Assembly (NCBI GenBank): GCA_002687735.1
Contig: NZBD01000016.1
Coordinates: 1-55,863 of the forward strand
Reading direction: 5' to 3'
DNA: 55,863 nt
Origin: Candidatus Iainarchaeum sp.
Lineage (GTDB): Archaea > Iainarchaeota > Iainarchaeia > Iainarchaeales > Iainarchaeaceae
Made by a program: the position numbers and the translations under genes. Shown here piece after piece: positions 20,383 to 29,200 of the stretch. Within the stretch, counting starts at the first letter, position 1; the number at the start of each line of letters is the position of its first letter. The notes beneath the pieces are model-generated. The model saw nothing but the letters and a program-made list of their open reading frames with translations. It was not told the origin of the DNA and did not search any database.

Positions 20383-21018
20383 ATGGCAGATGATATTAAG
20401 ACTACAAGGCTTGAATTAATTGAAACAAGAAGCAAAATAAAGTTAGCTGAAAAAGGCCACAATCTTTTGAAGCAGAAAAGGGATGTTCTTGTTTTAGAGT
20501 TTTTCAAAATAATGAAAGAAGCTCAGGATTTGAGAAGTAGTCTTAATGATCAAATATCAAAAGCATTTAGTTCATTAGCAATGGCACAAGCTTACCACGG
20601 AATTATAGAAGTAGAAAACATTTCCATGAGTACTAAAAAAGCCCCTGGGGTTTTAGTTGAATCAAAAAATGTTATGGGAGTACAAATCCCAAATATTACA
20701 GGAGAGTATGTTGCTAAAACTATTCAGGAACGTGGTTATTCTTTACAGGGAAGTTCAGCTAAAATTGATGAGGCTTCTTCTTCTTTCGAAAAAAGTTTAG
20801 AAGTAATAATCAAACTCGCTGAAACTGAAAATGCTTTGAAAAAACTTATTAAGGAAATTGAAAAAACCAAAAGAAGAGTAAATGCACTGGATTATGTAAT
20901 GATTCCTAATCTGAAAAGCACTGAAAAGTATATTGTTTTGCGCTTAGAAGAAATGGAAAGAGAACAATTCATTTCCTTAAAAACAATCAAAGCAAAACTA
21001 GAACAAGAACATACTTAA
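20383..21018 (+). CDS. atpD: A-type ATP synthase subunit D
   Basis: The ATG at 20383 gives MADDIKTTRLELIETRSKIKLAEKGHNLLKQKRDVL, the conserved subunit D N-terminus. Confidence 0.9.
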   Translation: MADDIKTTRLELIETRSKIKLAEKGHNLLKQKRDVLVLEFFKIMKEAQDLRSSLNDQISKAFSSLAMAQAYHGIIEVENISMSTKKAPGVLVESKNVMGVQIPNITGEYVAKTIQERGYSLQGSSAKIDEASSSFEKSLEVIIKLAETENALKKLIKEIEKTKRRVNALDYVMIPNLKSTEKYIVLRLEEMEREQFISLKTIKAKLEQEHT

Positions 21019-21047
21019 TTATTTCAAAACATCAGGGCATGAATACT

Positions 21048-21407
21048 CTAAATCAACTGCGCAACAAAAATTGCTACTAACCCCTGCACTGTGCTTATGA
21101 AAACAAATTTATCTTTTAGTGCTTTACTGTTTTCAACAAAAGTCAGGGTTGCTACTTTTGTTAAGTAATAAAGACCAAGGGTTTTTGCACCAAACAAAAT
21201 TACTCCTGTAAGTGATCCCCAGCTTTCCCAAACCCAGACTGTGAAAATCATTACTAAAAGAATCAGGAAAGGTTTTCTTCCTTCAAAAACAAAATGTACA
21301 AAAGCAGCAAATCCAAAAAGAAAGAACAAATTATGTAGCAATAAATCTACTAAAAAACCAAAATTTAATGAAAAAATCGCAATAATACTTTCAAAAAGCG
21401 CATCCAT
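21048..21407 (-). CDS. small membrane protein (ORF track extends to 21509; the ATG at 21407 is the preferred start)
   Basis: MDALFESIIAIFSLNFGFLVDLLL... has 3-4 TM helices. The upstream part of the tracked ORF overlaps a more membrane-like 45-aa ORF in another frame. Confidence 0.55.
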   Translation of the reverse strand: MDALFESIIAIFSLNFGFLVDLLLHNLFFLFGFAAFVHFVFEGRKPFLILLVMIFTVWVWESWGSLTGVILFGAKTLGLYYLTKVATLTFVENSKALKDKFVFISTVQGLVAIFVAQLI

Positions 21408-21411
21408 ACTA

Positions 21412-21549
21412 TCACAACCTGTTCCAGAAAACCTCGCCATTAACCAGCATATAAGTAACAAGCACACCAAACCAGGAGAAGGTCGCTTCTTGGAAAATAC
21501 CAATGCCAAAGAGAGGTAACACTAACACAAATGCATAGAACCCAGTCAT
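21412..21549 (-). CDS. possible 45-aa two-helix membrane peptide ending 4 nt upstream of the next ATG
   Basis: Own translation: MTGFYAFVLVLPLFGIGIFQEATFSWFGVLVTYMLVNGEVFWNRL*. It is below the ORF-track size cutoff. Confidence 0.3.
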   Translation of the reverse strand: MTGFYAFVLVLPLFGIGIFQEATFSWFGVLVTYMLVNGEVFWNRL

Positions 21550-21626
21550 TATGATCAGCGAATCTACCAATGCTTTGAATACTAAACCCACATAATATAC
21601 TTATTTCAGGCAATTATTGGCAGTTT

Positions 21627-21642
21627 AGTGACAAATGTCACT
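21627..21642. promoter_or_regulatory. perfect palindrome AGTGACA-AA-TGTCACT upstream of the HTH_10 regulator promoter (candidate operator)
   Basis: 7-bp arms located about 35 nt upstream of the TATA-like box at 21673-21680. Confidence 0.4.
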
Positions 21643-21672
21643 TTTAATCACTAATTCACGTTAAAAGTTAAC

Positions 21673-21680
21673 TATAAATA
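21673..21680 (+). promoter_or_regulatory. TATA-like box TATAAATA about 27 nt upstream of the ATG at 21703
   Basis: Sequence and spacing. Confidence 0.45.
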
Positions 21681-21702
21681 TGGGTTTTGCAGTAATTGTA
21701 AT

Positions 21703-22371
21703 ATGAAGGAAGTTACTATTGGAGTTTACCATCAGGACTGTTGGGGTTCTGGTTCTGCAGAAAAATTTGAGAACAGTGTGGCTGTTGAGAAAGGGCCAAT
21801 TATTGTTACCAAAGCACCTAACGGAGAAAGCAGAGTTGACTGTACAATGGATGTCAGGTTTGCAGATAACAAAGAAAGAGACAGTTACCTCAAATACACT
21901 AAAGAACACCCTTTGATTAAGAAATCAAATGTTATTTACAAAACAGATGCAAGAGCAATTGTTGCTGTTGGATGGGAAGGTTCAACAAGTTACGGTTCAG
22001 TAATGAATAAAGATTGTGTTTACACAGCACCTATTACTCAGGAAAAAGGCGGTTATGAAACTCACACTATTTTAACCAAGAAACCAAAAGACTTGAAAAA
22101 TATTTTAAATGAACTTGAAAGTTTAGGCGAAGTAAAAATAATGAAAATAAAAAACAATATTGAAACCGATAACCCTTATTCTTTAACTAATAAACAAGCA
22201 CAAGCTTTGAGAGTTGCAAGAGCTTCAGGTTATTACTCCTGGCCAAGAAATATTGGTTTGCAGGAATTAGCAGAATCTGTTGGAATGAGCAGAAGGGGTT
22301 TCCAAGAGAACCTTAGAAAAGCAGAAGCAAAAGTATTTCCTGAATTTCTGAATAAAGAAATTGGTTTGTGA
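21703..22371 (+). CDS. HTH_10 (bacterio-opsin-activator-type HTH) transcriptional regulator
   Basis: C-terminal LTNKQAQALRVARASGYYSWPRNIGLQELAESVGMSRRGFQENLRKAEAKVF matches the archaeal HTH_10 pattern. Confidence 0.75.
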   Translation: MKEVTIGVYHQDCWGSGSAEKFENSVAVEKGPIIVTKAPNGESRVDCTMDVRFADNKERDSYLKYTKEHPLIKKSNVIYKTDARAIVAVGWEGSTSYGSVMNKDCVYTAPITQEKGGYETHTILTKKPKDLKNILNELESLGEVKIMKIKNNIETDNPYSLTNKQAQALRVARASGYYSWPRNIGLQELAESVGMSRRGFQENLRKAEAKVFPEFLNKEIGL

Positions 22372-22381
22372 TTTTACAAAA

Positions 22382-22849
22382 CTACTTTTTTACGTCTTCA
22401 ATTGAAATTTCGTCCACATTCTCAAGGATTTCTTTTGTCTTGATTTTCATTAAATGGTTTGGATCTCCGCCACCGCAGAAAATCTCTTCTTTTTCAACAA
22501 CAGCTTTATCAATAAAAGTTTTTATGCCATAAATTGATATTGGGGGAACTCCTCCAACCTCATAACCGGTTATTCTTAGAACTTCCTCCGGTTCTGCTAA
22601 ACGCACATCCTTAACTTTTAAAATTTCTTTTATTTTCTGAAAATCTATTTTGTTTTTCCCCAAAAGAATCACAAGCAATGGTTCTTCATCAGAATCAATT
22701 AAAACAATAGATTTTGCAGCAGCTTCAGGATCATCAACCTGTGCTGCCGCTTTTACCGCAGTATGGACTTCGCCAGTGCACTGAATAATCTCAGCACTTA
22801 ATTTATTAGTTTTTATAAAATCTTGCAGCATTTTTGTATTTTGCAACAA
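22382..22849 (-). CDS. YbaK/ProX-like aminoacyl-tRNA deacylase domain protein
   Basis: 155 aa with KSIVL...GYEVGGVPPI, typical of YbaK/EbsC trans-editing domains. Confidence 0.75.
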   Translation of the reverse strand: MLQNTKMLQDFIKTNKLSAEIIQCTGEVHTAVKAAAQVDDPEAAAKSIVLIDSDEEPLLVILLGKNKIDFQKIKEILKVKDVRLAEPEEVLRITGYEVGGVPPISIYGIKTFIDKAVVEKEEIFCGGGDPNHLMKIKTKEILENVDEISIEDVKK

Positions 22850-22861
22850 GGTGTTTATTAA

Positions 22862-23182
22862 TTATTCAGTGAAAAACGAAAACCCTTCTTCTTTTATCTT
22901 TTTGACGAATTCTTCATCAGAACCAAATTGTTTTCTTTTAGCAAGAATTCTTTCAACACCAATATTAGTTAGTATATCATTAGTTCCGCGAGCCCCTAAT
23001 TCGGAAATCATTGATTTGAGTAATAGTTTACCAACTTTAGAACCAAATTTTTCGCCTAGTTGAGCAATAAATTTTTGTCTTTCTATTTTTATCGATTCAG
23101 GTTCAAGAGCTTTTCTTCTCTCCAATTGTTTTCTCAACGCACGTTGTTCAGGAGTAGCTTTGTGTTTTCTTCTTTCATGCAT
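22862..23182 (-). CDS. hypothetical basic protein (orphan)
   Basis: ORF 22862-23200. The likely start MHERRKHKATPEQRALRKQL has a T-rich TATA-like element about 27 nt upstream. Confidence 0.5.
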   Translation of the reverse strand: MHERRKHKATPEQRALRKQLERRKALEPESIKIERQKFIAQLGEKFGSKVGKLLLKSMISELGARGTNDILTNIGVERILAKRKQFGSDEEFVKKIKEEGFSFFTE

Positions 23183-23218
23183 TTGAAATAACAAGAACAT
23201 TGAAAAATAAAAAGGAGA

Positions 23219-23248
23219 GCATTAAAGCCCTGCATTTTTCTTAAGCTC
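23219..23248 (-). pseudogene. orphan duplicate of the metK 3' end (…ELKKNAGL* plus 5 nt past the stop)
   Basis: GCATTAAAGCCCTGCATTTTTCTTAAGCTC matches 24266-24295 at 28 of 30 positions. Its reverse complement translates to GVEGELKKNAGL*, versus [11 protein letters not shown] in the real metK. Confidence 0.8.
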
Positions 23249-24265
23249 GCCTTCTACACCCAAACCAAAAGAAAACTATTTATTTGACCTGAACGCTTAT
23301 AACTACGATATAATGCATGCTAAGAGAAATGTGAGAACAAGAGGCAAAGGCTATTTTGCAAGAGAAAAAACAGCTCTCGCTCAAGTTCGAAGGCAGCAGT
23401 TCATTGCAAGAACAGGAGAATTAATTCTTGCTCAAACCGGAAGAAAAAGAATCTCAATTGGTTTTTTGGAGAGTTTGCCGAGAACAAGAAAAGAAATTGA
23501 AGCCGAACTTAGAAATCGTTCAAAAACAAAAGTTACAGAGACAAAAAGACAAATTGTAACAGAAAAGCACGGGGAAGAATTATTAGAAATACTTACGATT
23601 GTAAGGAAAGCAAATTTGGCAGCAATTTCACGTGCAGAAAAAGCTCTTGAAATACCTCCAAAAAGACGGACACAGCAAAAGCAAAGAGCAATTAATGCTA
23701 AATTAAAATCTAATCCTAAAATCAAAGATATGTGTTCAAAACTATTAGAAATAATAAAAAATGAACCTGATTACCCTTCCGAAAAAATAAGGAGGAATGA
23801 CATGGGCCTTTTGGAATTATTAATAAAAGGCATATCAGCAAACAGATTTATTGGAAGTGAAGAAGCAACAAAAAAAGCAATAAACACAAGATTAGAAAAA
23901 GCAAAAGGCAGTCAAGAAAAAAATATTCAGATCAAAAGAGCTGATGCTTACAAAAGAACTCTAGAAACACTTGGAAACAGACAGCAACTAACCCCAAGAG
24001 ATTTAGCACGGCTTTACACTGATTTACTCGAAAGCGGACAAATTGCTTCGGAAAGAAAAGCCGGAGTAACCGACACAGGAAACAGAATCGCAAAAACGGA
24101 AATAGAATTTAGAAGAACCACTTCTGAATTTATTGATTGGAAAAATGAAAGTAGTTGGACTTCTAGAGATTTTAAAAAAGTAGCTCTAAAAGCTGAACTT
24201 AGAGGATTTACATTGCCCCCAAGCATCGCAAAGCATTTACCGCCAAGAAAAAATAAAAAATAAGG
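23249..24265. mobile_element. ~1 kb segment bracketed by 30-bp direct repeats of the metK 3' end; possible integrated or inserted DNA carrying one ORF
   Basis: Direct repeats at 23219-23248 and 24266-24295. The sole cargo is the 316-aa ORF with its own TATA-like box. No recombinase was recognised. Confidence 0.3.
23313..24263 (+). CDS. hypothetical basic, helical 316-aa protein (orphan; cargo of the repeat-bracketed segment)
   Basis: Long ORF, Lys/Arg-rich at both termini (MHAKRNVRTRGKG...LPPRKNKK), convergent with metK. Confidence 0.6.
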   Translation: MHAKRNVRTRGKGYFAREKTALAQVRRQQFIARTGELILAQTGRKRISIGFLESLPRTRKEIEAELRNRSKTKVTETKRQIVTEKHGEELLEILTIVRKANLAAISRAEKALEIPPKRRTQQKQRAINAKLKSNPKIKDMCSKLLEIIKNEPDYPSEKIRRNDMGLLELLIKGISANRFIGSEEATKKAINTRLEKAKGSQEKNIQIKRADAYKRTLETLGNRQQLTPRDLARLYTDLLESGQIASERKAGVTDTGNRIAKTEIEFRRTTSEFIDWKNESSWTSRDFKKVALKAELRGFTLPPSIAKHLPPRKNKK

Positions 24266-24268
24266 GCA

Positions 24269-25435
24269 TTAAAGCCCTGCATCTTTCTTAAGTTCATCTG
24301 CCTTGTCGGTTTTTTCCCAGGTGAAATCAGGATCGTCTCTGCCAAAGTGACCATACGCAGCTGTTTTCTGGAATATTGGCCTTCTTAGGTTTAGTTCCTC
24401 AATTATTTGAGATGGTTTAAGCTTGAAATGCTTTTTCACAAGCTCCTCAATCTTTTCCTCTTCGATTTTGTTGGTGCCTTTGCAGTCAACCAAAACAGAA
24501 ACAGGATCAGCCACACCAATAGCATAAGCTAATTCAACCTCACACTTATCAGCTAAGCCTGCAGCAACAATATTTTTTGCAATATACCTAGCTAAATAAG
24601 TTGCTGAACGATCAACCTTTGAAGGATCCTTTCCTGAAAAACAACCCCCGCCATGAGCACCTTGGCCTCCATAAGTATCTACAATTATTTTTCTTCCGGT
24701 TAAGCCGGCATCCGCGACAGGCCCACCCACAATAAACGCACCGGTAGGATTAATGTGATACTTAGTATTATCATCAACCCAATCAGCAACAACAGGCTTG
24801 ACCACTTTCTCAATAATTTCCTTCTCAATCTGGTCATGGCTTACTTTTGAATCATGCTGTGTGGAAATAACCACAGTATCAACTCTAACCGGTTTTCCAT
24901 TATTGTATTCAACAGTAACCTGACTCTTACCATCAGGCCTTACCCAGTCAAGGGTTTTGTTCTTTCTGACCTCAGCCAGTTTCATTGTTAACTTATGAGC
25001 TAAAGTTATTGGCAAAGGCATTAGCTCAGGAGTCTCATTAGTAGCATAACCAAACATCATTCCCTGATCTCCGGCCCCCTGTTCCTCATGCAGACCTTTG
25101 CCCTCATCAACACCCTGAGCTATGTCAGGACTTTGTTCTGAAAGAGAAATTAAAACAGAGCAGGCATCAGAATCAAAACCATACTCTGGTTTATCGTAAC
25201 CTATTTGCCTTATTGTTTCTCGTGCAACGTTCTGTACATCAACATACGTTTTGGTTGTCACTTCTCCAAAAACAAGAATCAAACCTGTTTTGGTTGAAGT
25301 TTCAATTCCAGCCCTTGTATTAGGGTCTTCTTTGATCATTGCATCCAAAATTGCGTCGCTTATCTGATCGCACATTTTATCTGGGTGCCCCTCAGTTACT
25401 GACTCGGATGTAAAAAAATGTTTTTCTTTACTCAT
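24269..25435 (-). CDS. metK: S-adenosylmethionine synthetase, bacterial/eukaryotic-type MetK
   Basis: [34 protein letters not shown] and [25 protein letters not shown]. The ATG at 25435 is preceded by GGAGGT. Confidence 0.95.
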   Translation of the reverse strand: MSKEKHFFTSESVTEGHPDKMCDQISDAILDAMIKEDPNTRAGIETSTKTGLILVFGEVTTKTYVDVQNVARETIRQIGYDKPEYGFDSDACSVLISLSEQSPDIAQGVDEGKGLHEEQGAGDQGMMFGYATNETPELMPLPITLAHKLTMKLAEVRKNKTLDWVRPDGKSQVTVEYNNGKPVRVDTVVISTQHDSKVSHDQIEKEIIEKVVKPVVADWVDDNTKYHINPTGAFIVGGPVADAGLTGRKIIVDTYGGQGAHGGGCFSGKDPSKVDRSATYLARYIAKNIVAAGLADKCEVELAYAIGVADPVSVLVDCKGTNKIEEEKIEELVKKHFKLKPSQIIEELNLRRPIFQKTAAYGHFGRDDPDFTWEKTDKADELKKDAGL

Positions 25436-25505
25436 AAGCAAAAACCTCCAAATTATGTTTTATAATGCAAAGCACAGAAAGGTTTAATAATAATTTCTAC
25501 TGTTA

Positions 25506-25523
25506 TTATTCTTATAAGAATAA
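25506..25523. promoter_or_regulatory. perfect 18-bp palindrome TTATTCTTATAAGAATAA, 8 nt upstream of the XRE-CBS regulator start (operator and/or TATA region)
   Basis: Self-complementary sequence in the divergent metK / regulator intergenic region. Confidence 0.4.
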
Positions 25524-25530
25524 GTGATGT

Positions 25531-26100
25531 ATGATGCTGCCAGAATTGAGTGAAATCAAGCACCAGAGAAAAAAATTAGATTTAACACAAACTGAATTGG
25601 CAAAAGAAACAAGAGTAAGCCAATCGTTGATAGCAAAAATTGAAGCAGGAAGCATTGTTCCTTCTTACTCAAATGCAAAGAAACTGTTTGATTTTTTTGA
25701 AACAATAAAAAAGAAACACGAAGCCAAAGCATCTGAATTTATGATCTATAAAGTTCTGAGTGTGAAACCTGATTCAACAGTAAAGTCGGCAATTAAAGCA
25801 ATGGAAAAATATTCTGTTTCACAATTGCCCGTAATTGAGGAAGGAAAAAATTTGGGGACTATTTCTGAGAAAAATGTTCTGGAGGAAATAAATAATTCTG
25901 AAGAAGGAAATGTACTTGAAAAAAAAGTTTCAGAAGTCATGGGGGAAGCTATGCCGCAAATTACTGAAAATACCCCTTTTGATGTTGTTTCTTCTATAAT
26001 GGGACATTCTTCCGGGGTTTTGGTTACAAAACATGGAAAGATTATCGGGATTATAACCAAGGCTGATTTGCTGAAATCGGTTGTTTCTAATAAGCATTAA
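25531..26100 (+). CDS. XRE-type HTH plus CBS-pair domain regulator
   Basis: LTQTELAKETRVSQSLIAKIEAG is an HTH_3-like segment. It is followed by two CBS-like repeats (VKSAIKAMEKYSVSQLPVIEE...; ...GVLVTKHGKIIGIITKADLL). Confidence 0.8.
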   Translation: MMLPELSEIKHQRKKLDLTQTELAKETRVSQSLIAKIEAGSIVPSYSNAKKLFDFFETIKKKHEAKASEFMIYKVLSVKPDSTVKSAIKAMEKYSVSQLPVIEEGKNLGTISEKNVLEEINNSEEGNVLEKKVSEVMGEAMPQITENTPFDVVSSIMGHSSGVLVTKHGKIIGIITKADLLKSVVSNKH

Positions 26101-26137
26101 TTAAAGTAATATACTAGAGAAACTCAGCAAAACGATA

Positions 26138-26148
26138 TTTTTATAAAA
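26138..26148 (+). promoter_or_regulatory. TATA-like TTTTTATAAAA upstream of the surface-protein operon
   Basis: It is the only strong TATA-like element between 26101 and 26201. It implies a ~30-nt 5' UTR before the TTG start at 26202. Confidence 0.35.
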
Positions 26149-26201
26149 GGCTTCATGTCACTACTTAATAGTAACGAATTAATTTGTCGGGGTTTAGTTA
26201 A

Positions 26202-29200
26202 TTGAATTTCAAAAACATTTTTGCAATATTATTCGCAGTACTTTTTTTGGTTAGCTTTGCGGCTAGCGCACATGCAGATGTTATTACAGTTACAGAATCT
26301 ATACCAGGAAGAAATTATGAGTTAGATCACAGTTTTCTTGATAACGATCCTGTAAGTCAAAGTATTACAGCTTACTGTCCTGACAACTATGAAATTGTTA
26401 CAGGGAATTGTGAAAGCGATTATCTGCGTTCATTCGGATCATTAAGAGAAGATATTGATTCTTTTGCTGATTCAGTAACCTGCACATATAGAATTGATTT
26501 CCCTTGGGCTTGCGGAGACGCTTTCCAGATTGTTTGTCCGTATATAGAAGCAACTGCTGTTTGTGAGTCTGATGGCACTAATGGCGGAAGCGAAACTAAT
26601 AACCCTCCAACTTTGTTCGGGTTGCCTAATGTAAGTGTTGAGGAAAATTCAGGATTAAACTCAGATTTGATAGACCTCTGGGATTATGTGGATGATGAAG
26701 ATTTTGATTATGAAATTAACTTTAGAATACTCGCTGAATCAAACTCAGGATTAGTTGATTGCATAATAGAAAATAACAGATACTTAAGCTGTTCTGTTGA
26801 AAGATCAGATTTAGGATCAAGCGCAGTTACAATAGAAGCAGAGGATACTTACGGAGCAACAGATATTGATTCTTTCACTGTTAGTGTTACCTCAGACAAT
26901 GATGATCCAAACCTTAGCGGAATTCCAACTGTTTATGTTGCTGAAAATGATGGTTTTCAGGACAATGTAATTGATCTTCACAATTATGTTTTTGATAATC
27001 AGGATTCAGATTCAGAATTAGATTTTGATATTACTAACCAAACAAACACAGGATTAATTTTTTGCGAAATAGACCAGGACAGGTACATTGACTGCGATGA
27101 TCCCGCAACTGACCAAACAGGAACAAACACAATCACTGTAAGAGTAACAGATACAGACGGAGCAACAGATACAGACTCTTTCAGAGTAGAAGTAATAGCG
27201 GATGACACTAACGAGGCACCTGTATTAAGCGGCATTCCTAATGTTGATTTAGATGAAAATGACGGCGCACAGGATAACCTGATTGATTTGTATGCTTATG
27301 CTTTTGATAACGAAGATTCTGAGTCAGAATTAACATTTGATATTATAGCCAATAGCGATTCAGGTTTGATTTATTGTGATATTGATCAGGACAGATACAT
27401 TGACTGCGACCCTCCTAGGTTTGATAGTTCAGGAAGCAATACAATTACTGTAGAGGTAACCGACACAGATGGGTTAAGCGATACTGATTCATTCATTATA
27501 ATTGTAAACGATATTTTTGATGATCCGAATGATACACCTACAATAAGCGGTCTGCCAAACCTTTCAATAGAGGAAAATGCAGGAGCAAGAAACAACTGGA
27601 TTGACCTTCACTCATATGCTTTCGATCAGGAAGATTCTGATTCAGAACTTGATTTCAGGATTTCTAACCAGAACAACACAAGCCTTATTTTCTGCTCAAT
27701 AGACCAAGACAGGTACTTTGAGTGTGAAGCTCCAAGAGATGATTATACAGGAACAAGCACAATTACAATAGAAGTGGAAGACCAGCAGGGAGCAACAGAT
27801 TCGGATACTTTTACAATAGAAGTTGTTGCACAGGACTCAGGAGTATGCTCAGATATTGATATTGATACAAGAACAATATTCATTGATGAGGATGATTCAG
27901 AAACAATAAGATTTGATATTAGGAATCTGGGCGATGATGACTTTAGGTTGTTTGATGTGGACGTAGATGTTACAAACAACAGCAGTTTTTTAGATGCAAG
28001 AGACACTGACTTTGATACATTTATCAGAGAAGATGGGGAAGGAGAAGTGGAAATAAGGTTAGAAAGTTTTAATGTTTCAAGCGACAGAGAAGCAACAGTC
28101 AGAGTAAGAATAAGAGGAGAATTTGATAATGGAAACAGTTGTAGCTTTTCAGATATTGAAGAATCATTCAGAGTATGGATTGATAATGAAGGATCAAGTG
28201 GGTCTGGAAGCGGAAGCAATTCTTGTTCAGATATTGATTTTAAACAAAGAACTGTTTCAATGGATGAATCTGATAGAGAAACATTCAGGTTTGATGTTGA
28301 AAACAATGGAAATGATGATTTCAGAATTACTGATGTTGATGTTACAGAAACCAGCTCCTATTTGAGTATTGTTGACTTTGATGACAGAGGCACAATAAGA
28401 GACAATGATGAACTTGCACTTGAAATAGAACTAAGAAGTAATAATGTTTCAAGCGACAGAACAGCAACTGTTTACGTTGATTTAAGAGGAGAGTTTGATG
28501 ATGGGAGAAGCTGTAGCTTCTCACAAATCGGCAGGGAATCATTCAGGGTTGAAATTGAGAACTCTGGTTCAGGAAGCAGCAACATCTGTAATGATATTGA
28601 AATTGATGCTTCAGATGTTACAATAGCAGAAGATAGTTCAAGAACAAAAATAATCAGAATAAAGAATGAAAACAACAGAAGTTTTGATGTTGATAATATT
28701 ACTGTTTCAGAAAGTAATTCTTACTTTAACATCAGTATAAGAGATGAACCTGAAAGGATCTCGGCTAATGATGAGGAAGAACTGGAAATTAGAATATACA
28801 CAAATAATGTTTCAAGAGATAAGAGCGGAGATGTTGAAATAAGAGTTTCAGGAGAATTCAGTAACGGAGTTAATTGTTCAAGCTCTAGAATAACAGAAGA
28901 ATTTAGGGTTACTGTTGATAACAGAGGATCAGGAAGCTCAGACGATGATGATCGGGATGATGAAGACTTTGATGGTTCAGTAAAGATAGATTTTTCAAAC
29001 AACTTTGCAATCTTAGAAGAAGGCCAGACTAAAAACATTAATGTTACAATCAAAAATGGTTTGGACAACAGACAATGTTTTGATTTAAGTTCTAATGATA
29101 CACCCGTATTCAGCACTTCCCTGTCAAGCACAGAGATCTGTGTTTCAGAAAATGGATCAGAAACAATAAGCATGAGCATAACGGGCAGAAACTCAGGAAC

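Noticed and set aside
21241-21519. 92-aa + strand ORF rich in Lys
   Set aside because: It overlaps the minus-strand membrane-protein ORFs, whose hydrophobic helix pattern is far more protein-like.
23313-24263. Possibility that the 316-aa cargo protein is a tyrosine recombinase (LTPRDLARLYTDLLESG superficially resembles the HxLRHxxATxLLExG box)
   Set aside because: The catalytic His residues, the second Arg context and the C-terminal catalytic Tyr motif are not present, and the spacing is off by one residue. The resemblance is too weak to call.
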